Shown here in pieces: positions 17,752-26,437 of a stretch of DNA of 64,000 bases. The translations under genes were made by a program, and so were the position numbers. This DNA comes from Sphingomonas sp. (GTDB lineage: Bacteria > Pseudomonadota > Alphaproteobacteria > Sphingomonadales > Sphingomonadaceae), in assembly GCA_043727035.1 (NCBI GenBank), contig JAYSZB010000071.1, positions 21,767 through 85,766 on the forward strand, in the 5' to 3' direction. Numbering within the stretch: position 1 is the stretch's first letter; each line of letters starts with the position of its first letter. The notes under the pieces were generated by a model. It was not told the DNA's origin, did not search any database, and worked only from the letters and a program-made list of their open reading frames with translations.

Positions 17752-19272
17752 ATGTCGCTCGCCCCGCGCCTCGACCTCAGGCAATCGCAATCGCTTGTGA
17801 TGACCCCGCAGCTGCAGCAGGCGATCCGGCTGCTGGCGCTGTCCAACCTTGAGCTGGAGGGCGTGCTGGCCGAGGAACTGGCGAAAAATCCGCTGCTCGA
17901 AAATGGCCGCGAGGGCAGCGACGAGGCCGCCGCACCGATGGCCAGCGACAGCGCCACCGCCACCGACCGGCAGTTCGAATCGGGCGGCGACACCGGCGCG
18001 AGCCTCGACGTCGATTTCACCGCCGAAACCTTCCATCATGATTCGCCGAGCGATTCGGTCTGGGAGCCGACTACGGCGGAGGAGCCGCGCGAGCCCGATC
18101 TGTCGGCAGGCGCGAACGGCGATTACAGCGCGTCGGCTGCCGATAGTGAGGGCATCGACTTCGACAGCTTCGGCGGCGCTGACATCAGCCTGCGCGAGCA
18201 TCTGACCGAACAGGCCGGGGCGACGCTGAGCGGCCCGGCGCTGGCGATTGCACTGGCGCTGATCGAATCGGTCGACGATGCCGGCTATCTCGACGCCGAT
18301 CTCAACGACCTCGCCATGCGGCTGGGCGTGCCGCGCGCGCGGATCGAGGATATTTTGGTGGTGGTGCAGGGGTTCGACCCGACCGGGGTCGCGACGCGTT
18401 CGCTGTCCGAATGCCTTGCGCTGCAAGCGAAGGAGGCCGACCGCTATGACCCGTGCATGGCGATGCTGATCGACAATCTCGACATGCTGGCGAAAGGCCA
18501 GATCGCCCAGTTGCGCAAGCGCTGCGGGGTCGACGAGGAGGATATGGCGGACATGATCCGCGAATTGCGCGGCTATGATCCCAAACCCGGCCTGCGCTTT
18601 GCCCCCAATGATGCGACCCCGGTGGTCGCCGACGTGTTCATCCGCCGGATCAAGGACGGCTGGGCGGTAGAGATCAACAGCGCCACCCTGCCGCGCCTGC
18701 TGGTCAACCGGCGCTATTATGCCGAGCTGTCGGCCAAGGCAGGCAAGGGCGCGGGCGCCAAGGCGGGTAGGGCATGGCTGACCGACTGCCTCGCCAGCGC
18801 CAACTGGCTGGTCAAGGCGCTCGACCAGCGCCAGCAGACCATCGTCAAGGTGGCGAGCGAAATCGTCAAACAGCAGGAGGGGTTCTTCCTCCATGGCGTC
18901 GGCGCGCTGAAACCGCTGACGCTGCGGCATGTCGCCGAGGTGATCGGCCTGCACGAATCGACGGTCAGCCGGGTGACAAGCAACAAATATCTGTCGTGCG
19001 AGCGCGGCTTGTACGAGCTGAAATATTTCTTCTCGTCGGGGGTAATGGCGGTCGATGGCGAGGGCGGCATGTCCGCTGAGGCGGTCAAGAGCAGGATCAA
19101 GACACTGATCGATGCCGAGGATGGCGCGGCGATATTGTCCGACGACACGCTGGTCGAATTGCTGGCCAAAGATGGCTGCGCCATCGCCCGGCGGACGGTG
19201 GCCAAATATCGTGAGGCGATGGGGATCGGATCGAGCGTCCAGCGACGGCGGGCGAAGGCGATCGGGCGCTGA
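17752..19272 (+). CDS. rpoN: RNA polymerase sigma-54 factor
   Basis: RQSQSLVMTPQLQQAIRLL, HESTVSRVTSNKY, RpoN box ARRTVAKYRE. Confidence 0.97.
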   Translation: MSLAPRLDLRQSQSLVMTPQLQQAIRLLALSNLELEGVLAEELAKNPLLENGREGSDEAAAPMASDSATATDRQFESGGDTGASLDVDFTAETFHHDSPSDSVWEPTTAEEPREPDLSAGANGDYSASAADSEGIDFDSFGGADISLREHLTEQAGATLSGPALAIALALIESVDDAGYLDADLNDLAMRLGVPRARIEDILVVVQGFDPTGVATRSLSECLALQAKEADRYDPCMAMLIDNLDMLAKGQIAQLRKRCGVDEEDMADMIRELRGYDPKPGLRFAPNDATPVVADVFIRRIKDGWAVEINSATLPRLLVNRRYYAELSAKAGKGAGAKAGRAWLTDCLASANWLVKALDQRQQTIVKVASEIVKQQEGFFLHGVGALKPLTLRHVAEVIGLHESTVSRVTSNKYLSCERGLYELKYFFSSGVMAVDGEGGMSAEAVKSRIKTLIDAEDGAAILSDDTLVELLAKDGCAIARRTVAKYREAMGIGSSVQRRRAKAIGR

Positions 19273-19314
19273 GCAGACTCTTGCCGTTCATCATAGCGTG
19301 GCTAGGATGGCGCG

Positions 19315-19971
19315 ATGAACAGATATTCGCTCTTTGCTCTGACCGCCGCCCTCCTGTCTTCTCCCGCAGTTGCGCAAGACGCACCGCAACCTGCGCCATC
19401 GGCCCCGGCTGCTCCCGCGCCCATCTACGAAACCGTCCGCGTCACGCTGACCACTGCGCTCGGTCCAGTCGTCCTTGAACTCGAATCGCAGCGCGCGCCC
19501 ATCTCCACCGCTGCTTTCCTGCGTTATGTCGACCAGCGCAAACTCGACGGCACGAGCTTCTATCGCGCGCTCGATCTGGCGCGCGGATATGGGTTGGTGC
19601 AATTCGGCACGCGCAACATCGCCGCGCGCACGCTGCCGCCGATTGCGCATGAGCCGACCAGCCAGACCGGTCTGTCGCACACCGACGGGGCGATCAGCTT
19701 TGCGCGCGGCGAGCCGGGCAGCGCGCGCGGCGATGTCTTCATCGTCATCGGCGATCTGGTCAGCCTCGACGCGCAACCGGGCGTGGCCGGGGCCGATCCC
19801 GATGGCTATGCGGTGTTTGGGCGGGTGGTCGAGGGGATGGACGTGGTGCGCGCCATCATGGCGGCACCGATCGATCCCGCGGCGGGCGAAGGCGCGATGC
19901 AGGGGCAGATGATCGCCGCACCGGTTGCGATCACAGCCGCGCGGCGGACGCCTGCAGCACCACCACCCTAA
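19315..19971 (+). CDS. Periplasmic cyclophilin-type peptidyl-prolyl isomerase
   Basis: Signal peptide; LE...AP.S.A.FL.YV, H..G..S.AR..PGSA, YAVFGRVVEGMDVV. Confidence 0.85.
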   Translation: MNRYSLFALTAALLSSPAVAQDAPQPAPSAPAAPAPIYETVRVTLTTALGPVVLELESQRAPISTAAFLRYVDQRKLDGTSFYRALDLARGYGLVQFGTRNIAARTLPPIAHEPTSQTGLSHTDGAISFARGEPGSARGDVFIVIGDLVSLDAQPGVAGADPDGYAVFGRVVEGMDVVRAIMAAPIDPAAGEGAMQGQMIAAPVAITAARRTPAAPPP

Positions 19972-21020
19972 TCATCCTCATCGTCATAATGCGCCAGATG
20001 CAGCGCGCGCGCCTTGATCTGGCGGGTCATGCACCAGTGGACCAGCGCGTCGTCGCGGCCATGCGTCACCCACACTTCCTTGGGCGCGACATCCTCTATC
20101 GTTTGGGTCAGCTCGTCCCAGTCGGCGTGGTCGGAGATGATCAGCGGCAGTTCGACATTGCGTTGCCGCGCGCGCTGACGGACGCGCATCCAGCCTGAGG
20201 CCATGGCGGTGATCGGATCGGGCAGGCGGCGCGACCAGCGATCGGCGAGAGCCGAGGGCGGGGCGAGGATGATTTCCCCGGCGAGTGCGGCCTTGGGCAG
20301 CCCGGCCATCGGCAGAACTTCGCCCAGAACTACGCCGTGTTCGCGGTAAAGATCGGTCAGACGGGCGAGTGCGCCGTGGATATAGATCGGCCGATCATAG
20401 CCCGCATGGCGCAGTTCGCCGATCAGCCGCTGCGCCTTGCCCAGCGCATAGGCACCGACGAGGATGCAGCGATCGGGATTGGCGGCGCGCGCGGCGATCA
20501 GTTTGGCGACTTCTTCGCCCGTCGGAGGATGGCGGAAAACAGGGAGGCCGAAGGTTGCCTCGGTGATGAAGACATCGCACGGCACCACCTCGAACGGGGC
20601 GCAAGTCGGGTCCGGGCGGCGCTTGTAATCGCCCGAGACGACGATGCGCTCGTTGCCATAGTCGAGCGCGATCTGCGCCGACCCCAGCACATGCCCCGCC
20701 GGATGGAATGACGCCGTGACGCCGCCGCCGAGATCGACGCGCGCGCCATAGGCAATCGTTGCGGCATGGCCTGCAACCTGATCGCCATAGCGCACGCCCA
20801 TGATCGCCAGCGTCTCGGGCGTCGCCCACACCGCACCATGCCCGCCGCGCGCATGATCGGCATGGCCGTGGGTGACCAGTGCCCGCGCCACCGGGATCGA
20901 CGGATCGACCCAGGCATCGATGCCGGGGATGTAGATGCCCTCGCGCCGCGCTTCCAGCCAGCGACCGTAGCGGCTGCCTGCGGTGGGCGATGGTTCTGCC
21001 AAGGCTGCGCTTTCGTCCAT
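19968..21020 (-). CDS. Ligase-associated DNA-damage-response exonuclease (MBL/beta-CASP)
   Basis: THGHADHA, AGHVLGS, SGDYK, ITEATFGLP, YALGKAQR, SDHADW, VWVTHG; start MDESAAL. Confidence 0.92.
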   Translation of the reverse strand: MDESAALAEPSPTAGSRYGRWLEARREGIYIPGIDAWVDPSIPVARALVTHGHADHARGGHGAVWATPETLAIMGVRYGDQVAGHAATIAYGARVDLGGGVTASFHPAGHVLGSAQIALDYGNERIVVSGDYKRRPDPTCAPFEVVPCDVFITEATFGLPVFRHPPTGEEVAKLIAARAANPDRCILVGAYALGKAQRLIGELRHAGYDRPIYIHGALARLTDLYREHGVVLGEVLPMAGLPKAALAGEIILAPPSALADRWSRRLPDPITAMASGWMRVRQRARQRNVELPLIISDHADWDELTQTIEDVAPKEVWVTHGRDDALVHWCMTRQIKARALHLAHYDDEDD

Positions 21021-21029
21021 CCGCCCTAT

Positions 21030-23462
21030 ATGGACAGGGTGCCGACAGATTCCCACCTGCCCCCCGTTTTTGCCAACTGGTTCACCGCCAAGGGGTGGCG
21101 TCTGCGCGATCATCAGGCGGGAATGATCGATGCGGCGCGGGCGGGCGACCATGCGCTGCTGGTTGCGGCGACCGGTGCAGGCAAGACGCTGGCCGGTTTC
21201 CTGCCCACTTTGCTTGCGCTGACTGACAGCCAGACGGGCCGCGGCATCCACACCCTCTACATCTCGCCGCTCAAAGCCCTGGCCACCGACGTCCGTCGAA
21301 ATCTGCTCATCCCCATCGAGGAAATGGGCCTCCCCATCCGCGTCGAATCGCGGACGGGCGATACCCCGTCGGACCGGCGCGCGCGGCAAAAGGCGCAGCC
21401 GCCCGACATATTGCTGACCACGCCCGAATCGCTGAGCCTGCTGCTCAGCCATGAGGATGCGCCCTTCTTCTTCGCCAGCCTCGACACCGTCGTGATCGAT
21501 GAAGTTCACGTTTTTGGCACCGGCAAACGCGGCGATCTGTTGCAGTTGGGGCTGGCGCGATTGCAAGCGATCCGGCCTGAATTGCGGCGGGTGGCTCTGT
21601 CTGCCACTGTAGCCGATGCCGATGCGTGGCGCGGGTGGCTGGCGCCCGGCGGCGACATCGACAGCGTGCGACTGGTCGAAGGCGAGCCCGGCGCGGATGC
21701 AGACATCCGCATATTACTGCCCGAAAACCGCGTCCCCTGGTCGGGCCACTCCGGCAAATACGCCGCCCATGCCGTCATGACGCAGATCGAGGCGCACCGG
21801 ACGACCATCGTCTTCGTCAACACACGCGGTCTCGCCGAGCTGATTTTTCAGGAGCTGTGGAAGGCCAATGACAAGGGTCTGCCGATCGGCATCCATCATG
21901 GTTCGCTCTCCATCGAGGCGCGGCGCAAGGTCGAGGAAGCGATGGCCGATGGCCGCATCCGCGCGCTGGTCGCGACTGCCAGCCTCGATCTCGGGCTAGA
22001 CTGGGGCAATGTCGATTGCGTCATCCAGATGGGCGCGCCCAAGGGCAGCTCGCGGCTGATCCAGCGCATCGGCCGCGCCAATCACCGGCTCGACGAGCCA
22101 TCGAAGGCGCTGGTGGTGCCGGGCAACCGCTTCGAATGGCTGGAGGCGCGTGCGGCACTCGACGCGGTCGAGGCGGGGGAGCGCGATCCCGATATCTTCC
22201 GCCCCGGCAGCCTCGACGTGCTTGCCCAGCATATCACCGCCACGGCCTGCTCGGGGCCATTTACCGAGGAGGATCTCTTCCGCGAGGTTACCTCGACTTT
22301 GCCCTATGCCGCGCTCGACCGCGCGACCTTCGACCGCACCTTGGGCTTCGTCCGCGACGGCGGCTATGCGCTGAAGGCCTATGATCGCTTCCGCCGCCTA
22401 GCACCCGCAGGCGAGGGCAAGTGGCGGATTGCCGGGCCACGCTTCGTCCAGCAGCACCGGATGAATGCCGGGATCATCGTCGATGCGCCGTCGCTGAACG
22501 TGCGGTTCAAAAACGGCCGCAAGCTCGGCACGGTCGAGGAGTATTTCGCCTCGACGCTGGTGCCCGGCGACACATTCTTCTTCGCCGGGATCAGCGTCGA
22601 GGTCGAAGGCGTCAAGGACATGGACCTGCTGGTCCGCGCCTCCTCAAAATCGGCGCGCATCCCTACCTATGTCGGCGCGCGCATGGCGCTGACCACCAAC
22701 CTCGCCGACCGGGTCCGTCACATGATCGCCGACCCTGCCGAATGGCGCGGTTTTCCCGACGATGTCGCCGAATGGCTGCGCGTGCAGGCGGAAAAATCGC
22801 GGCTGCCGCAGCCGGGCGAGTTGCTCGTCGAAACCTTTCCGCACGAGGGGCGGCAGTATCTGCTGATGTATCCGTTCGAAGGGTGGAACGCGCACCAGGC
22901 GCTGGGGATGCTGCTGACCAAACGGATGGAGCGTGCGGGCCTGCAACCGCTCGGTTTTCAGGCCACCGATTATGCGCTGGCGATCTGGAGCCTGAAGCCG
23001 GTGCGCGAGCCCGCGAAACTGCTCGACGCGGCGATTATGGACGACGAATTCATCGAATGGGTGCAGCAGTCGCACCTGCTCAAACGCGCCTTCCGTGAGG
23101 TCGCGGTGATCGGCGGACTCGTCGAACGCCAGCATCCGGGGCAGAAAAAGACCGGGCGGCAGGTGACCTTTTCGACCGACCTGATCTTCGACGTGCTGAT
23201 GCGTTACCAGCCCGACCATCTCCTCATCGAAGCCGCCTGGGCCGACGCCCGCGCTCGCCTGACCGATGTCGGGCGGCTGGGCGACCTGATCGAACGCGCT
23301 GCCCCGACGATGGTCCACATGGCTTTGACCCGCATCAGCCCGCTGGCGGTGCCGGTGCTGATTATGATCGGGCGCGAGAGCGTGGCGCAGGAAGCAACCG
23401 ACGATGCGGTGCTGGCCGATGCCGAGGCGGCGCTGGTGGCGGTGGCGATGGGCAGCGGCTAG
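21030..23462 (+). CDS. Ligase-associated DEXH-box helicase (Lhr-core)
   Basis: ATGAGKT, YISPLKAL, TTPESL, DEVH, LSAT, HHGSL, SLDLGLD, QRIGRANH; start ATG 21030 or GTG 21039. Confidence 0.92.
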   Translation: MDRVPTDSHLPPVFANWFTAKGWRLRDHQAGMIDAARAGDHALLVAATGAGKTLAGFLPTLLALTDSQTGRGIHTLYISPLKALATDVRRNLLIPIEEMGLPIRVESRTGDTPSDRRARQKAQPPDILLTTPESLSLLLSHEDAPFFFASLDTVVIDEVHVFGTGKRGDLLQLGLARLQAIRPELRRVALSATVADADAWRGWLAPGGDIDSVRLVEGEPGADADIRILLPENRVPWSGHSGKYAAHAVMTQIEAHRTTIVFVNTRGLAELIFQELWKANDKGLPIGIHHGSLSIEARRKVEEAMADGRIRALVATASLDLGLDWGNVDCVIQMGAPKGSSRLIQRIGRANHRLDEPSKALVVPGNRFEWLEARAALDAVEAGERDPDIFRPGSLDVLAQHITATACSGPFTEEDLFREVTSTLPYAALDRATFDRTLGFVRDGGYALKAYDRFRRLAPAGEGKWRIAGPRFVQQHRMNAGIIVDAPSLNVRFKNGRKLGTVEEYFASTLVPGDTFFFAGISVEVEGVKDMDLLVRASSKSARIPTYVGARMALTTNLADRVRHMIADPAEWRGFPDDVAEWLRVQAEKSRLPQPGELLVETFPHEGRQYLLMYPFEGWNAHQALGMLLTKRMERAGLQPLGFQATDYALAIWSLKPVREPAKLLDAAIMDDEFIEWVQQSHLLKRAFREVAVIGGLVERQHPGQKKTGRQVTFSTDLIFDVLMRYQPDHLLIEAAWADARARLTDVGRLGDLIERAAPTMVHMALTRISPLAVPVLIMIGRESVAQEATDDAVLADAEAALVAVAMGSG

Positions 23463-23471
23463 AGATGGAGC

Positions 23472-24044
23472 ATGAATCAGCTGCTGATCGCCATTCGCGC
23501 TTGCACCCATTGTGCCGAGCATCTGTCGCACGGTCCGCGCCCGATCGTGCAGGCCAGCCCCACCGCACGCATCCTCGTCATCGGCCAGGCCCCAGGTAGC
23601 AAAGTGCACGCATCGGGCGTGCCGTGGCAGGATGATAGCGGCAACCGGCTGATGGACTGGCTAGGGATTGATCCGGCGCAATTCTATGACCCGGCGCTGG
23701 TCGCAATGATGCCGATGGGCTTTTGCTACCCCGGCAGCAACGGTCATGCCGACAAACCGCCGCGTCCCGAATGCGCGCCATTGTGGCATGACCGTCTGAT
23801 CGCCGCGCTGCCCAACATTTCGCTGACGCTGCTGATCGGCGGGCATGCGCAAGCGCGTTATCTGCCTGACTGGAAAAAGCTCTGCATGACCGAGCGGGTG
23901 CGGCGCTGGCGCGACGCTCCCGCCCCATATTTGCCGATGCCGCACCCCAGCTGGCGCGTGGTGCGCTGGATGAAGCAGCATGACTGGTTCGAAACCGAGG
24001 TCGTGCCCGAAGTGCGTGCGCGGGTTGCAAAGGCGTTGCTTTGA
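23472..24044 (+). CDS. Uracil-DNA glycosylase superfamily protein
   Basis: IRAC..C, IGQAPG, MPMGFCYPG, PPRPECA, PMPHPSWR. Confidence 0.85.
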   Translation: MNQLLIAIRACTHCAEHLSHGPRPIVQASPTARILVIGQAPGSKVHASGVPWQDDSGNRLMDWLGIDPAQFYDPALVAMMPMGFCYPGSNGHADKPPRPECAPLWHDRLIAALPNISLTLLIGGHAQARYLPDWKKLCMTERVRRWRDAPAPYLPMPHPSWRVVRWMKQHDWFETEVVPEVRARVAKALL

Positions 24045-24067
24045 ACGCAGCGGCAATGCTGTGATGG

Positions 24068-25102
24068 TCAGCCAGGTTTGCGGGCGCGGGTTTTTGGTAA
24101 AACCTTCTGCGTCGCCTTGATCTCGGCAATCACCGCGTCGGCTTCGGCATGGCGCTTCGCCCGCTCGGCCTCCCGGAAACGCTGATACTGCGTCTCGGCG
24201 ATCTGTTGTGCTTCGGTCATTGTCCGGTGTCCACCGCCGCGCAGCACCTGACGGCCCAGGTCGGCGAGTTGTTTGTCGAGCAGGGCCTCGGCTTGGGCCA
24301 TCGTCGTCAGTCGGCCGATATCGAGCTGATCCTCGAAAATATCGAGCAGGATGACGGTCAAGCGATTGAGCTCGCGAATTTCGCGCTCCGCCAGGTAGTT
24401 TTTGGAGACGATAACATCGGCTTTGCGAATGTTGTCGTTGGGCCATGTGTGGAGGCCCATGTTATCCTGTGTCGCGTCCGCACGATTGGCAATAACTTCA
24501 GCTGGCGTTTGCGAACAAACCGCATAGACGAACTTGGCTTGGGTGTTGCGGTAGAATCGCCTCCACGCCTCGGAGTCGCCCGCATAATCCTGACACAGTG
24601 CGCAGATTTGGCGCAGCTCGCGGTAGAGGTTCGCTTCGTCCGAGCGGATATCGCGGATGATGTCGCGCAGTTCCGCGACCCGGTCGCGGTTTTCGGGATT
24701 TTTAAGCCGGACGGCATCAACAACAAAGCCCTTGGTGGCGAAACCGACCAGAGTTTCGGTGGCCCAGCGGCGGAAGACCGTCGCTTGTTTGGATGAAACA
24801 CGGTAGCCGACTGAGATCACCATATCGAGGCTGAACAATGTGGTCGGCGCGCCCATCCGACTTATTTGCACTTTCTGCAAATTAGTCTCGTCGAGCTCGC
24901 CTTCGTCCAAAATCGCTGAAATGTGACGAGAAATCACCGACACATCGCGACCGAACAGGTCTGCGATCTGCGCCTGCGTCATCCACAGCCGGTCACCTTG
25001 GTAGCGAATCTCGACCTTCGTACCCGTATCGGTGCCATAGACGAGGAAACGGTCGCCTGTGTCGGCCTGTTCGATCAGATGGACCGGTTCTAGCTCTGCC
25101 AT
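24068..25102 (-). CDS. rhuM: RhuM family DNA-binding protein
   Basis: W.TQ.QIA.LFG.D.S.ISRHI..I..EGEL, SLD..ISVGYRV.S..A..FR.WA, KGF..D..RLK, IRDIRS.E, KNYL...E...LNR. Confidence 0.85.
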   Translation of the reverse strand: MAELEPVHLIEQADTGDRFLVYGTDTGTKVEIRYQGDRLWMTQAQIADLFGRDVSVISRHISAILDEGELDETNLQKVQISRMGAPTTLFSLDMVISVGYRVSSKQATVFRRWATETLVGFATKGFVVDAVRLKNPENRDRVAELRDIIRDIRSDEANLYRELRQICALCQDYAGDSEAWRRFYRNTQAKFVYAVCSQTPAEVIANRADATQDNMGLHTWPNDNIRKADVIVSKNYLAEREIRELNRLTVILLDIFEDQLDIGRLTTMAQAEALLDKQLADLGRQVLRGGGHRTMTEAQQIAETQYQRFREAERAKRHAEADAVIAEIKATQKVLPKTRARKPG

Positions 25103-25122
25103 ATCGCGCCCTGTCCTGTTCT

Positions 25123-25137
25123 GAACGTAACAAGAAC
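25123..25137 (-). promoter_or_regulatory. Alphaproteobacterial LexA (SOS) box upstream of rhuM
   Basis: GAAC-GTAACAA-GAAC, a perfect GAAC-N7-GAAC, 20 bp upstream of the ATG. Confidence 0.75.
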
Positions 25138-25216
25138 ATGACTAACACGGCGCGGGCGATATTGCCAGTCTGCAATAGGGCGCTACGCTATGCGGCCAAA
25201 CTATCGGGAGAGTGGA

Positions 25217-26437
25217 ATGCGCGCTGGATTATTGGGAGGCATGGCCCTTACCCTCGCGGCCTGCTCCCCCTCGCCCGCTCCACAGGCCGCACCGCCCGCC
25301 AATACACCGGCTGCGCTGCATGAGCGTATCCTCACGCTCGACACGCACCTCGACACGCCGGTGCATTTCAACCGGCCGGGGTGGAGCATTGCCGATGCCC
25401 ATGCCTTCGATACCGACCTCAGCCACGTCGATCTGCCGCGGATGCGCGAAGGCGGGCTCGATGGCGGGTGGTGGGTGGTTTATACGCCGCAGGAGGGCGA
25501 ACTCGATGCGAGCGGCCATGCGACGGCGCTGGCCTTTGCCCGGCACCGGCTCGATGCCATCCATCGGGTGGTGCGCGAGAATAGTGGGGCGATGGAGATT
25601 GCGCTGACCGCCGACGATGCGCCACGCATTGCCGCGTCGGGCAAGCGCGTCGTCTTCATCTCGATGGAAAACAGCTATCCCATTGGCGAGGATGTGGCGC
25701 TGATGGCCGATTTCTACCGGCACGGCGTACGCATGGCAGGGCCGGTGCATAATCGTGGCAATGTGCTGGCCGACAGCGCCGGGGGGCCGGTGCGGCATAA
25801 TGGGCTGTCGGCGCTGGGCCGTGCATGGGTTGCCGAGATGAACCGGCTGGGCATGGTGATCGACGTCAGCCATTCGTCCGACGCAACCTTCGACCAGATT
25901 CTCGAGCTATCGACCGAGCCGGTGATCGCCAGCCATTCGGGGCCGAAAGCGATTTACGAGCATCACCGCAATCTCGACGACGCCCGCATCCGCGCGCTGG
26001 CCGCGAACGGCGGGGTGCTGCAGATCAACAGCGTCTTTCTCAACCGCTTCAACGTCTCTCCCGCGCGTTCTGCGCTCTATGACCGGATGGACAATTGGGA
26101 AACGATGACGCCAGCACAACAGCGCGCCATCGCCGACGACTGGCGCGCGCTGACTGCATCGGGCGACGTCATTCAGGACGCCGATTTCAACCGCTTCATG
26201 GCGTCGCTGCTCCACTGCCTGCGGCTGGTAGGAGGCGATCATTGCGGCATCGGTGCCGATTGGGACGGCGGCGGCGGGGTGCGCGGCATGGAGGATGTCC
26301 GCGCGCTGCCGATGATCACTGCGCAGCTGATGGCGATGAACTACACCGAGCCACAGATCGCCGCGATCTGGGGCGGCAACGCGCTGCGGGTGATGCGCGC
26401 CGCCGACGCCCGCAGCCGCCGCTCGCCACCGCTATAG
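25217..26437 (+). CDS. Membrane dipeptidase (peptidase M19), lipoprotein
   Basis: Lipobox LAAC; DTHLD, SMEN, DVSH, SHSG, GIGADWDG, IWGGN.LRV. Confidence 0.9.
   Translation: MRAGLLGGMALTLAACSPSPAPQAAPPANTPAALHERILTLDTHLDTPVHFNRPGWSIADAHAFDTDLSHVDLPRMREGGLDGGWWVVYTPQEGELDASGHATALAFARHRLDAIHRVVRENSGAMEIALTADDAPRIAASGKRVVFISMENSYPIGEDVALMADFYRHGVRMAGPVHNRGNVLADSAGGPVRHNGLSALGRAWVAEMNRLGMVIDVSHSSDATFDQILELSTEPVIASHSGPKAIYEHHRNLDDARIRALAANGGVLQINSVFLNRFNVSPARSALYDRMDNWETMTPAQQRAIADDWRALTASGDVIQDADFNRFMASLLHCLRLVGGDHCGIGADWDGGGGVRGMEDVRALPMITAQLMAMNYTEPQIAAIWGGNALRVMRAADARSRRSPPL

Noticed and set aside
17302-18954. Long antisense ORFs (also 39054-41132 +, 52615-54837 -, 26477-27715 +, 12579-13586 -)
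   Set aside because: Shadow frames of well-supported genes, expected in high-GC DNA; no recognisable motifs
20766-21029. Extended helicase N-terminus
   Set aside because: Overlaps the exonuclease coding region on the other strand; helicase-like sequence starts at about 21030-21039
24068-25102. rhuM as part of a prophage or restriction-modification island
   Set aside because: No integrase, methylase or att-like repeats; flanks are ordinary chromosomal genes
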